Shown here piece after piece: positions 23,915 to 35,920 of a stretch of 64,000 nt of DNA. The translations under genes were made by a program, and so were the position numbers. How positions within the stretch are numbered: the stretch's first letter is position 1; the number at the start of each line of letters is the position of its first letter. The stretch covers positions 16,740,001 through 16,804,000 of the forward strand of contig CP075492.1 of assembly GCA_021613535.1 (NCBI GenBank), written 5' to 3'. The notes beneath the pieces are model-generated. The model did no database searches, was not told the DNA's origin, and saw only the letters and a program-made list of their open reading frames with translations. Source of the stretch: Adineta vaga. Its lineage: Eukaryota > Animalia > Rotifera.

Positions 23915-24186
23915 AATACTCGAATACTTCAGCTAGTTATAAGTAATTCGATGACAGTTAGATAGAAGTCTGAGATTGATAAAAAAAATACAGCTTTTAT
24001 GCAACTGCTGGACTTCTGGCGCACGGAAGTATACTGTTTCACTCTTGGCTAACGTTTAATGTGTTTGTCGCAAAACAAGAATGTGTTTAAGACATATCAT
24101 GTTGTTATGACACATTATCATCTTTATTCGCCAAGAAAAAAGAACTGTGATAAATGAGAGTGTCATGACCAAACGTAAAATATGTT

Positions 24187-24928
24187 CTAGGGTTTGATCC
24201 AGGTGACTGCATCGAGTTCATACGTCCCCGTTCGTTGACCTCTGCATCTATCTTCACACCAACTGATCGTGCCAATTTTCCAAGCTTTACCACTGTGAGT
24301 ATCACAGTCTTGGGTGATACATTGCATGTTTTTAGATTTTCTCTTGTTGTAATGAACTTTCTGACCATGACAAAGCTTGTTACCGCCCTGTGTTACGTAG
24401 CCCAGTTTATTCGCAATGCTTGTGGCTTGAGGCGATGTTAATGCACCATCTTAAATGAAATGAACAATATTGTTTCATACAATACAATGCTGTATCGTAT
24501 CTTATTATAGTATCCATACCGCACCCATACCCTTCCTTATTGAGATCTGATTCTATCCACAGATAAGAGTGTGTATCTAAAATCTAAATTTCTGAAGGAA
24601 ACTGATAGGCAAAGAGTTCAATATGAGTTCTGGATAAAAAAAAACTATTGCAACACTCGTCTCATACATCTATGGATGCCTTCTCTTTTAATTTTTTAGT
24701 TAAGACCTAAACGTTCTAGAAGAAAGGCTCACTTATACGAAGAACAAAAAGACTTTAGTTTCTTCGATGGATATGAGTTGGTCAAGCAGTTGCTAATCAG
24801 GTAAATGAACAGCTTTCTCTCGTGACAACATTGGCTAGTTCTAAATTCTTATACGTACCACAAGCACTTTCACATCGCATGCATAGGAACACAACCAGGA
24901 GGGCAATGATAATACTTCGATGCAGCAT
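24187..24928 (-). CDS. Secreted Ntox21-like (CdiA-CT ECL / BECR-fold RNase) toxin-domain protein, 110 aa, exons 24928-24859 and 24449-24187
   Basis: Spliced product MLHRSIIIALLVVFLCMRCESAC-D-GALTSPQATSIANKLGYVTQGGNKLCHGQKVHYNKRKSKNMQCITQDCDTHSGKAWKIGTISWCEDRCRGQRTGTYELDAVTWIKP*. The phase-1 GT(ACGT)...TTTAAG intron restores the frame. Motifs KLGY, HGQxV, ITxDxDxH, WK, RxGTY. Confidence 0.75.
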
Positions 24929-25014
24929 AATAACAGCGGTAATCAATCAGTGATAAAAATATTGGCTAACGCGTTTAATATCGTAATAAAGTGAAAGTAA
25001 CGAGAAATAGAACC

Positions 25015-25021
25015 TTTTATA
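25015..25021 (-). promoter_or_regulatory. Candidate TATA box for the toxin-domain gene
   Basis: TATAAAA on the minus strand about 90 bp upstream of the ATG at 24928. Weak evidence in an AT-rich genome. Confidence 0.3.
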
Positions 25022-25159
25022 AATTTCGCACGTAACCTTGAAATCGATATTACTCTACAAGTATGTGCATGAGAGATTAGTCTGTTTAAGACAATGAAAT
25101 TTACCGATCTACCTGCGCCGAAAACGATTTTTGTGGTTCGCCGATACTGGCAAGCTACG

Positions 25160-25435
25160 TTATCGGTGAAAATAGACTAAGTCTGCACGACGTATGAAAA
25201 GTGGTAGTTAATCTCTTTGTTTTTACTCTCTTTCAAGGTCAATGACACAAAAAAAGTTGAAAGTGATATTATTCCATCGTTTCAGAAGAACGTGAGCTTA
25301 GGTAAACATGATAGTTTTGTGTCTACTTTTCCTCTAAAATTTTCTTATTAATATTCATACCTAATAATATTTATCTTATCATCTTATCGGGTGAATGGAT
25401 AGGTATGGGTGTGTTTCATTTAAATATATCAAAGA
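25160..25435 (+). repeat. Direct repeat copy 2 (276 bp)
   Basis: Matches 20937-21278 but lacks 66 bp between aatattt microhomologies. Confidence 0.95.
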
Positions 25436-25723
25436 AGTTTGGTCCATTTATACAAGTAATTCAATCTGGTAAGGAATTTAAATATTCTGTTTAAATTGCA
25501 CACTGAGAGAAGTATTTATAGACAAACAAACAAGCGCCAACAACAATTAAATATTATGAATCCTTGTGAAGCGGCGAAGACAAAGAGAATAAATATTGTT
25601 AATTCTTCTATTTACACATTTTTCGTAATTTGTTTATGTATTAACATTCGAATCAGACGAATATCTCTATTCTAATTTCCGACAGGATCTTTGTAATTCA
25701 TCAGATTAGAAAAATATATAACT

Positions 25724-27283
25724 TTAGTATAATAGCCAAAAACTCGCAGGTAATAGATTGCGCATAGATTTAAAGTGAGATTCTGCTACAAACCATTCAA
25801 TTTTATGCTGATCAATTTTTTCATAATTTTCAGGCTTAGTAAGTTGAATTTCACTTGATCTAAGCTTTCTAAATGCGCTCTCGGAAGCGCGATGGTGATT
25901 GTTTTGACCATTATTGTTCTTATAGTTAGATATATCAAATTGTAGCAGTTCGTCGCTTTTACTGGCAAAGAAAATAAAGTTGACAAGTGCGTCAGTTTTA
26001 ACTGAATTGATACCGCCTTCACAAAAACATTTTATTTGTTTGAAAATACTTTGAAGTTGTTGAATAACACTATGTAAAACTTCCATTTGAACCGTAGAAA
26101 CCATGTTAAGTACTAAAATACCATTATTAGATAGTATCCTAAAACAGTTGGATATCAACTCTTGCATATAATTATTACGCATGAGTGAACCACTGAACAC
26201 ATCGTGCACAATTAAGTCAAATGTATTATTGTCTTGGATTATAATAAACTCCAGACCATCTGCATTAATAAGTGAGGCATTTTGACTTAAACCAAAGTAT
26301 TTAGAGGCAAAATTAAACACATCGGCATTATTATCTACAACAATTACTTGATCAAATTTGCAGCGATTTATGAGCGCATCAACGACGATGCCAACTCCAC
26401 AGCCAATAACTAAACTATGCTTTTCACTTGATTTCGGACTAGATGTCATCCAAGGCACATGGCATGCCAACTCATACCAGTAAAAAGTCTCAAACACCGA
26501 TTCAAATCCTTCATTAAAGACACCACCAACAATGCTATGATCTATACGCATAATTTTTACATCCAGTTCATGATCATTAACTATAGTAACCAAACTTGTA
26601 GACAATGATGAATCGACAAGCTCAAAGCTGGAGAACTTTGTAATAAATTGACGTTTTAAGTCTGGATAGAAAGTACTAATCAATAAAACCAAGCAAAGAG
26701 TAACAGATTGGAATTTCGAATTGAACTTTGAGCGTAAATAGCAGATTTGAATTAAAGAAATTGTGGAAATAATTGAGCGTGTATAAGCTAGTATAATTCG
26801 ACACATTAGTAGAAGTTGATTACCATGGAAAAATCCAAGCCAAGTACACGTAACCACACAAATAATAAATGAATATATCATAACACGTACATGCATAGAT
26901 TTTGCGAATTTTGAGAGACCACAAACTATCAGACCAAAGCATAATCCTACTGGTACAGAAACAACAAAAGTCAGACATAGAGAAGCAGAAATCCAGATCT
27001 CAATAAAAGAAGGAGACAGTAAAGCACAGATATCAATCAGTATAGTACGCAATACAGTCAACGTAAGTATTAACGTGAAAAGTGAAACAGAACTTGCAGA
27101 AAATACACAAGTTAATGTAATCAAGCCAATACTTGCAACTAAAAAGGGAAAGTTAAGAATATTTGAGAAGAAACTGCCAAACATTATGGTCACACTTATC
27201 CGACCATTCAATATACAGTCAATAACACACAAAAACCCGAAGAAAGTCTGAAAAAGGGATTTTACAATATTCAAAAGATCCAT
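25724..27283 (-). CDS. Multi-TM protein fused to a spermidine-synthase-like SAM-dependent methyltransferase domain (intronless)
   Basis: N-terminal hydrophobic helices, RIDHSIVGG, motif I LVIGCGVG, VVDNN, ADG, FDLIVHDVFSG, GILVLN. Confidence 0.8.
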   Translation of the reverse strand: MDLLNIVKSLFQTFFGFLCVIDCILNGRISVTIMFGSFFSNILNFPFLVASIGLITLTCVFSASSVSLFTLILTLTVLRTILIDICALLSPSFIEIWISASLCLTFVVSVPVGLCFGLIVCGLSKFAKSMHVRVMIYSFIICVVTCTWLGFFHGNQLLLMCRIILAYTRSIISTISLIQICYLRSKFNSKFQSVTLCLVLLISTFYPDLKRQFITKFSSFELVDSSLSTSLVTIVNDHELDVKIMRIDHSIVGGVFNEGFESVFETFYWYELACHVPWMTSSPKSSEKHSLVIGCGVGIVVDALINRCKFDQVIVVDNNADVFNFASKYFGLSQNASLINADGLEFIIIQDNNTFDLIVHDVFSGSLMRNNYMQELISNCFRILSNNGILVLNMVSTVQMEVLHSVIQQLQSIFKQIKCFCEGGINSVKTDALVNFIFFASKSDELLQFDISNYKNNNGQNNHHRASESAFRKLRSSEIQLTKPENYEKIDQHKIEWFVAESHFKSMRNLLPASFWLLY

Positions 27284-28007
27284 AATTAATGTTAGAACAA
27301 ATTGAATATAAAATTAAAATCACCAGAACTTTATAACGATTACTATATTGAATATGTTATTGTTGTATGTCCAATCTTGCTGGAACGAATATCATCAAGT
27401 CAGAAATAATCTGTAAAGTGTCGAAAAATCAGCACCAAGCAGTTTCGTTTTTCTTTCACATTTTTAGTATTGGGGCAAAGGGATCCTTTTTATTAAGTTA
27501 GATAAAAACAACTATACTCACTAATATATATTCATGTGACAATATGCAGGTGCGCTTTAATTTTTTAAAATCTTGTTCTGTTATGCTTTACTCTATCAGA
27601 ACTTACACATGTAAAAGTAATCCAAAGTGGTAATCAAGGTTCTCTCAGAGTGTGTGTAGGTCTGATTCATCTTACGATGACTAATCTTTCGTAAGTTGTT
27701 CATTGTTGATTGGGTGGAGAAGAGGGTCATTCTCATGCAGTCACTAATTGAAAGGAATCAGTATTTAAGAGAGGATCTGCGAAACCACTATCCAGATGCC
27801 CATAACTCACACCTCTTGAAAATTTAGAAATTCAGATCTTTTGCTGGAATCTGATATTCTCAGCCTAAATTCAGTCGTTTTGAGGTGCGGTTGATACCAA
27901 ACGATAGAGAAAAAAATCCACTACAATACTAGCTCATAGATATGGACTCCTTACATTGCTAAAGGCTCTGCCACACAAAAAACTTTCTGTCTTTACAAAC
28001 AATTAGA

Positions 28008-29270
28008 TGCATTAAATTCAGTGATTTACCTGACGAAATCCTTATGATTATTTTCAAGAAGCTGAACAATCTTGATGTTCTTTATTCTTTACAAGGTGTC
28101 AATCAACGAATAAATAAATTTATTCAAGATCGAATTTTTACTAATCGTTTAACACTTGTCATATGGTTATCAGATCATTTTCTTGATCTAATTTTATAGG
28201 TTTATTTAGATCAAAATCTATCATCTTGTATGTTCGAAAAACAAATTAAAACACTTTTAATTACAATTGATAATAGCCGAGCAATGTTAGATACCGTTGT
28301 AAATATAGTTGATGATATTCTCACTGTTTTCATCAGTCTAAATGATTTAATATTATACGAATCATTCTATAAAAATCGTCTACGCTTATTTTTTCGCAAC
28401 CCACCATCACCAAAATTTCGTTCGTCAACTCTTCAAAAATTGAATATTAGATTACAATGTATGAACGATTGTCTTTATCTTCTCGATGGTCGATTTGATC
28501 AACTTCAAACACTTCACGTTGATTTGATTAATCTTTGTAATTCAAAAGGGATTCAAAATCATGTTAGTTAATCTTTGTCTTCTCAATTAACAAACTGAAT
28601 TTTGTTTTTTTTTAGAAAGACTTACCAAATCTAAAAGATTTTTTTTCTATCATCGAGCGTCGAAAGTGATACTTATAGTGAAACTATTCTTCCTCTTCTC
28701 GATCGAATGTTTAATCTCGAAGCACTGAGTTTGTATCTTGCAGTATGTGTTAATGAAAAATTTATTGATGGAAATCATTTGATGAATGATATTATCGATT
28801 ATATGCCATGGTTAAATCATTTTTCATTTTATATCCGATCAGTAATGCGCCTTCCAAATCAAATCAATTTACCATCGACAAAAGATATTCAAAGTACATT
28901 TGTTAACTTTTCTAATCATACAATTATCTCGTATGTTGATTACTTTCAAAAAGCAGAGCAAGGTCAATGTCATATTTATTCATATCCATCTTTTACCCCA
29001 TATTATAATTTAATCTCAAATAATTTTCCAGATGGATTATTTAAACACGTTCGTGCAATATCCTTATATGATGAACATCCTTTTGAACATGAATTTTTTC
29101 TTTCAATCAGCTATGAATCATTAAAATATGTTACACATAATTTTACAAGAGATGATACTCGTATTAATTGTGCTAAAATAAATGAATTAGAATTATTTCC
29201 TGCATCACAATGTACAAATGTTTCAGGAGATTATTTTCCGAATGCAAATTTATGTTTCTTAGAACAATAA
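28008..29270 (+). pseudogene. Bdelloid-type F-box/LRR-like protein gene, apparently internally deleted or degenerate
   Basis: F-box SDLPDEILMIIFKKLNNLDVLYSL, then DCLYLLDGRFDQLQTLHVDL and LYDEHPFEHEFF. The frame is interrupted near 28198 and the start is unclear. Confidence 0.6.
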
Positions 29271-29297
29271 CATATAGAAAAAGACAATTTCTTTGAA

Positions 29298-29360
29298 GAT
29301 GGGTGTGGGTGCGGATGTTGCCGTTAAAGGCAGAACGCATATTTACACAGTCACTCTCAT
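29298..29360. repeat. Degenerate telomere-type inverted-repeat element
   Basis: gatgggtgtgggtgcgg-N-cactctcat. Confidence 0.5.
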
Positions 29361-30358
29361 GTATACCATATGTAGTTGAATTCTCAATCTATAATTAAAT
29401 TAAATTGAAGAAGAAAACGAGAAACAAGAAAATATTTTTTTTCTTTCTTGCATACGATCGTCGAGTGGCGACGTGCATCAGACTTTTTTTTTCTGATTGG
29501 TTACTCATATTTATCCACTGATGATATACGAAGAAAAACACAAAATACCAATCTTTTCTTGTTCTCCAGTCTCCACTGCATATATTATATAATGTTAAAC
29601 TATCAAAGAAACGAAAGAATCTACTGATTATTAGTCAAGTAATATTGAATCATGTTACTACTGTAGTGAAACATGTGAGATAAATTTTCAGATCTTATTT
29701 CTTTCATTTTTAGCACCTTCATTGTAGTTAGATATCTAAACAGTTTCCTATGTGTCTATCGTAAGAGTACGAAAACTGATTGGCATTATAGATATACATA
29801 GCGTCGCCATACAGAAGATAAAATAAACTAATCATTTTTTTTCAGCTTTTGAGGAAATAAATCACAGATTATATTGTATTGAATGAGAAAAGCATAGAAA
29901 AATACTTTCTTGTCTATTACCATCACAATGAACAGTTTTTGATTTGACGTTAACAAGCACATCTTTTTTGAGTATGATGAGACTTAAAATACTTGGATGA
30001 AAGTTTCCTAGAATAGAATCAGAAAACTAAGTTTGAATTTCGATAAAAGTTGCATCCGACTAATAATGTAGCGTCTTTTATAAGATTTTACATTTTACTA
30101 TTTTTTTTCAAGGATTCAAGATGCGATTGATTTCCTTCAGCCTCTGTTTTCAACCTCTGTCACATTTATTAGCATGCATCGCACATCATTTCCAACATTT
30201 TAAAAGGACCTGTTCAGTATAGCGATCACTTTCAATCGAGAATGGAAGAGAATAAGACGGATCGCTTTTTGATACTGTTTGAATTTTGAAAACAAAACTT
30301 ATTGTAATGCTAATATATTCTTCTTTAGATTTTTTATTCGTTTGACTGAATCGTGAAC

Positions 30359-30886
30359 ATGTTTATTCGTCACACATTATCATCCTCCCGTATTCGTATG
30401 AATAATTTTTCTCTATTATCGAATCTTCATTGGCCTTCACGTTTTTCATCGTCATCTACACGCAGCAATGGTTCAGTTACACATGGAAATCCATCTGATC
30501 CTCTCATCACTGTCTGGTGGGATAGTTCATGTCCTCTCTGCTTACGTGAGATGAGCTTAATGAAAAAATGGGCACCTCCTGAAACAATTGCTTTTGTCGA
30601 CATCGCTTCACCAACTTCAACGTGTCCCATCGATCGTCGAACAATGATGGCCAGATTTCATGTTCAAGAACGCGGTGGACAGATGGTTGATGGTGCAGAA
30701 GCATTCGCACTTCTGTGGAAACATATTCCACGAATGCAAAGACTCGGACTCTATTTAACTAACAGTCCGAAAGCATTAAATACCTGTGAGAAATTGTATT
30801 CGAATTTATTTTTGCCCTACCTTCGACCAGTATTTCAGAAGAGTCTAAAGTGGTTGGGAGTAGAAGGAAGAAAATATACATCTTGA
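30359..30886 (+). CDS. DCC-family thiol-disulfide oxidoreductase (DUF393-like) with probable mitochondrial transit peptide
   Basis: VWWDSSCPLCLREM (DxxCxxC), FVDI, ARFHV...GAEAF..LW. Arg/Ser-rich N-terminus. Confidence 0.85.
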   Translation: MFIRHTLSSSRIRMNNFSLLSNLHWPSRFSSSSTRSNGSVTHGNPSDPLITVWWDSSCPLCLREMSLMKKWAPPETIAFVDIASPTSTCPIDRRTMMARFHVQERGGQMVDGAEAFALLWKHIPRMQRLGLYLTNSPKALNTCEKLYSNLFLPYLRPVFQKSLKWLGVEGRKYTS

Positions 30887-33367
30887 GAGTGTGAATAGTG
30901 ATGCCAGTATTATATTATCTGTGTGTAAATGAATGTATTCAATAGTCGATATAGACTTTTCTTGTCGCGACAATCAAATGCATTTAAAACATTTACTTTC
31001 TATTATATTTATGTTATCTCTTTTAAATGATTATTTAACAGAAGGCAGAGGCTCTTTCTTAAGATTTGATGGTTTTGAAAACTTTAATAATATTTTCCAA
31101 GACGAAATTAAACAAGTATAAATGAAGCATCCAAAGTAAAAATTTGTGAATCGAATTTTAAACAAAAAGATGATAGATAAATAATTGGTATGAAAATAAG
31201 TTGGCGTTAGATGAAGAAATACTGTCGAAGTTTATTTTTACTTTTTCTCAGATATTATTACGGAGAGAGTAATTGAAGATTGAATTTATTTTTGCTTGTG
31301 CGCATATTTGTATTAAATATGTCTCATTTATTAAAATTGAATATGTAATGTTTAGTACGAAATATATGATGAATAAAAAAAACTTATTTGAATTTTCTTA
31401 TGTTGATTTTACGACAGAGTCAAATATATTTGTGTGCTTAATATGTTTAAAGAATATTTGTTCTGTAAAAAAAAGAAACACCATCACATGAAAGATGACT
31501 TTTTTTTTGGCATATAATAAATCTCTCTAAACAAATTTGCACAGTCAACTGTACGACAGAACAGAAAATGGTAGGCTAATGACATGTACTTATATAATAT
31601 TCGGAACGTCTTGAGAGTATCCCGAGCAGACCAGAAACGCATCCCTCAAATGTTCATTCTTCAATCGCTTTCGCAGTTTATTTTCAAGTAGCACTGTAAG
31701 AAAAGATAAAAACACGTTTTAATATTATTTTTCGTTTCACTTGAATTATTAGAAGAAGTATTTAGACTGAGAACATCGTATTGTTATTATTAAGTTCTCA
31801 GTGCATAGTATACGTATTAATTATCGATCGCTGACGGTTAGATATCACTCGCCTGTTTCCAGCGAGCAGTAGGTGACCGCAGTGATTAAAAGTTGTGTTT
31901 GTTATAAATGAAAGAAAATAATGGATTCTCCAGTTCTTATTAGTTCGTAGGAATTTTCAAACGGAGACAGTATTCTCTACTATACTAATAAGTTAACGTG
32001 ATAGTAACCAGAATACAGTAACGAACTAAGATTCATTTCGCTTCTTAACGTATCATCACTACATCTTTTCGCAAATTTGGTGTTATATACCATCACATTC
32101 ATAATCTTACTGTCGGCAACTGATGCTATATTAATTTGTTCAATGAACATTGTAACATCAGTGTCAAAATTAAATGGTAAGACACCATGATCAATTAATA
32201 TTACTATATACTAATATATCTTATTCACTGTATAGATCACACGTGTCTCTCTTGAACAGTATAACAACAATCATCTTTTTTATCTGCTTCATTAAAAGTT
32301 TCGATAATATGTTATTTCAGTTTTTATTCTTTTTCACATCGCCTGATATAAATATTGATAGGATTCATTATTTGATCACATTTCAAAAAAATTTTCTTTC
32401 CTTCTGTCTGTTTTTTCGTCCTCCCTTTTCTTCTCGTTTATTTGATAAGTCACTTGTTCTTCTTCTTCACGAATTCATTTGTGTTCTGTTTTGTTGACAG
32501 AGACTGGATGCCTAACGTATGTATGCTCACTCCATTTTTTTCAACTAGAATGAAAATCACTTTAAGAGTCTCTATATGTAATGGATATCTCGCGCAGGTG
32601 TAAGAACGATACCATAACAAATAGATTAAATTTTTTTCTACAGCAAAAATCATTCCAAATGCGACGAAGATAAAAGCACTTATAAAATCGTTAATAATCG
32701 AGAGTTTTTGTAAAAAATTAATTTAATGCTCACATTACGAGTAGCCCTGTCGGATGAATTGTTTGACACAGCTGAGTTTTCTTATAAGCGAAGAAGAAAC
32801 TTTAACGTATTGACAGATAAACGAGCTATACAACAGTCATCAACACTCTAGAGGAAAACAGATCGAGAATCTTACACATACTAGAATATAGTAAAAGTTC
32901 ATGTATAGACTTTGCCATAACTTGATCGCTTCGAAATAAATTTCGATATTCTGAAACTCAGCGACACAAAGCTAAATTTAGCACTACAAATCGTAAATAA
33001 CACCGCACCTACCAAAGTTTGGATTTTAGTTTTCTAAACATTAATAAACTACGTAGTTAGAATAAATCGTCTTTTGCCAGTTTCTTTCATTAATCGCTGA
33101 GTGTGTCGTAATATTTAAAATATGTTCACTGGTCCGTAGTTATTTTAAATGCGAAGCTTAACTCTATAAATAATTGAATTACCTTCCTATTGATTAATTA
33201 TATCATTGTCATTTTATCATTTACGTGAAATGTATATTAACTGTTAACAAGTGCTTTCATCGAACTGCAAAAACAGTGCCGGTTTCAACTAGTGCAACCG
33301 TTGGGATATGTACAGCATAGAAGGTTGACATTCATTTTCTTCCAATATTCTATTACTGTTTGTAGTA

Positions 33368-34546
33368 ATGCGTTGGTATAATACTCTGCTTGTTATTATG
33401 GGTATATCAAGTTTATTGATAGCATTCATTTCAATAACTTCTCTTACAGTAACATCTTTATTTCAAGCTCAAACGAGAATTTTATCGAACCAATGGACTT
33501 TATCAGCTCGAAATAAGCAACGTTCGGTTAAATTATATGAAAAATATAATTTATTACTAAATATAACAGCATTTAAAACAAATGACTTGTCAGATAACAC
33601 AATGATTTATTCATGTCAATCATTTTGTGGTGGTTGGGGTGATCGATTACGTGGAATTTTATCTGTTTATATTCTTGCTTTATTAACAAATCGTCATTTT
33701 ATGATTGATATGAATTATCCTTGCGAAATTTGAAAAGTCCTTCAACCTAATGTTGTTAATTGGACATATGTTAAATATCAGAAATCAAAAAATCGGACAC
33801 GTCTAAATATAAATACAATGCGTTCATGGCAAACATCAATTCGAAATGAAATAGCAAATACGATTAAATCAAAAGATTTCGTTCAAATTTGGTCATCATA
33901 TAACGATATAGTTATATCGACTAATAGCGATTATATGACACCAGCATTACATAATAAGTTTGTATTAAATCAAACTCGCAAATTACTTGGTCGACTGCCT
34001 CTAGCACAAGCGACAATGCAAACATTATTTGCTTTTCTTTTTGAACTTCTTTTTACTCCTTCTATTTCTGTTCGTAATCGAGTTGATACAATATTAGCTG
34101 CTTCTCGTCATCGGCATCTTATCTGTTTACATATACGTCTTGGTAAAAATCCAACAAATCCATTCGATCATGCATTTACATCTCGCGTGAATACAACAAA
34201 GGCGATGTTAAATTTTACTGATAATTATCTATCAAACAAATCTTCATCATTAGTTTTTGTTACATCTGATAGTGGCCAAGATGTATCAGATGTCTTACAT
34301 CATTATCCAAATTCATCGATGACTATTGTGGGTCCTATTTTACATATTGATCGGTTCGATCGGCGGTCATCCATTATATGTGATGGATTTATTAAAGTAC
34401 TTGCAGATTTTTATCTTTTAGGCGAGTGTCAAACTTCGCTGTTATCAAATAGTGGATTTTCATCATGGGCAAATCGAAGAAGAGAAAAACCAAATGAAGA
34501 ATTGTATATGTATGATGAAAAGTTTAAACAAATGAGAAAAAGTTAA
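33368..34546 (+). pseudogene. Type II membrane fucosyltransferase-like glycosyltransferase with an in-frame TGA at 33731-33733
   Basis: N-terminal TM, CGGWGDRLRGI, CLHIRLG, FVTSD, DFYLLGEC, SGFSSWA. The two ORFs are in the same frame and separated only by one TGA. Confidence 0.75.
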
Positions 34547-35730
34547 TTTTCTATGACAACTGACTATTTTACTTTTTAATACCATATATGGAAATTGAAC
34601 ACAATGCTCGTATTCTTATTCGTGATTGAGAAACATTCAATAATGGTCCTGTTAGTCTATTTATGCACGATAAGAATCTTCTATCGATGTATTCATCCCA
34701 TTGAACTCGAAAATGTCATCGTTATATTCCAAAAATTATTTCCTATTCTGTTGCATGTACAAAGACAAGATATTGTTAAAAAGGATAGATCAGTGTTTTA
34801 ACTCATATAAAAAAGAAAAGAAAAGATTTTATGATAATATTGATCATATTAAGTAGTTTTTATCGAGAAAGTATTTGTAATAATCATCATAACGAAAATT
34901 GATATTTATAATCTTTGACCAAATCATTGATAACTATATGTGAAATATCTATATAGAAAATATAATTTAATTTATCAATTGTACATTCTCATGAGATGGA
35001 CGAAGAATATGTTAAATGATATTAATATGATTTGATTAAGATTCTGGTCACATGATTGCATTTGTTAAATCATCAAATAATTTTGCCTTTTTGTTTTTAT
35101 GAAAATATTTTCATTTTTTAATTAAAGAAATATAATCTGACAATATTTTAATAAATAAATTCTCCAGATCAAACATATCTGATTTCACTCGAAATTAATA
35201 GAAAAATATGAATTATTTGTGAAGTAAAAATAGAAATTCGAATTGATGTATTCATTGTATGAAGCGAAACTTATCATGCAATTAAATATGTCAAGAATGA
35301 ATGTGTGTAGTTACTAGTGAATTATACATTGAATATAATTTTGTACATAGTTACATTTTGAAAATTAGTTCTTTTCAAAAAATATTGTTGTTGACGAACG
35401 TATTTATTTTGCAAAACAAATTCTTCTTTCATACATAAAAGATATGAAATCGTATTTTTCTTATTTAATGTAAGTATTCACATCTTTTTGAATAAATCCA
35501 ACAAAACTCAAAGATATCGATTCTGGAATATAAGAAATGTTTCATTTAAGATTAAACTAATAGAAGTGATCAAATTTATTGACAATGGAAGGAATCAATC
35601 TGGGTTTCACTAATTTAACATCATGTTCCACCAGCATACGCACAACATGGTAATCAAAACCATGCAAATATACGATCAGAACGATAAAATACAGTCAGGT
35701 AAATCAAATATCTAGTACTTGTTATTTCTT

Positions 35731-35771
35731 TAGGGTGTGGGTATCTCCTCTTCTTTCACACCCACGCCCTT
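35731..35771. repeat. Telomere-type inverted-repeat element
   Basis: agggtgtgggt-N-cacacccacgccct. Confidence 0.8.
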
Positions 35772-35920
35772 GCAGAGTCGATATATAAGAAAAGCATTCG
35801 ATATTCATCGTATTTATTAGGATAATTTTATCAACTATTGATGGTACTTTTTTTCCATCCAGCTGTATATAAGAATTTTAAAAAAATATAATTCATATGA
35901 AAAAATTTAGGTGAAGTTTA

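Noticed and set aside
24105-24441. ORF-track calls 24105-24368 (-) and 24235-24441 (+)
   Set aside because: Wrong frame or strand. The meaningful frame is the spliced toxin-domain exon 24449-24187.
31273-32653. Short ORFs at 31273, 32174 and 32450
   Set aside because: AT-rich, low-complexity translations with no motif or splice support.
33731-33733. TGA as selenocysteine
   Set aside because: Not a redox or Cys-equivalent position, and no SECIS-like structure was recognised downstream.
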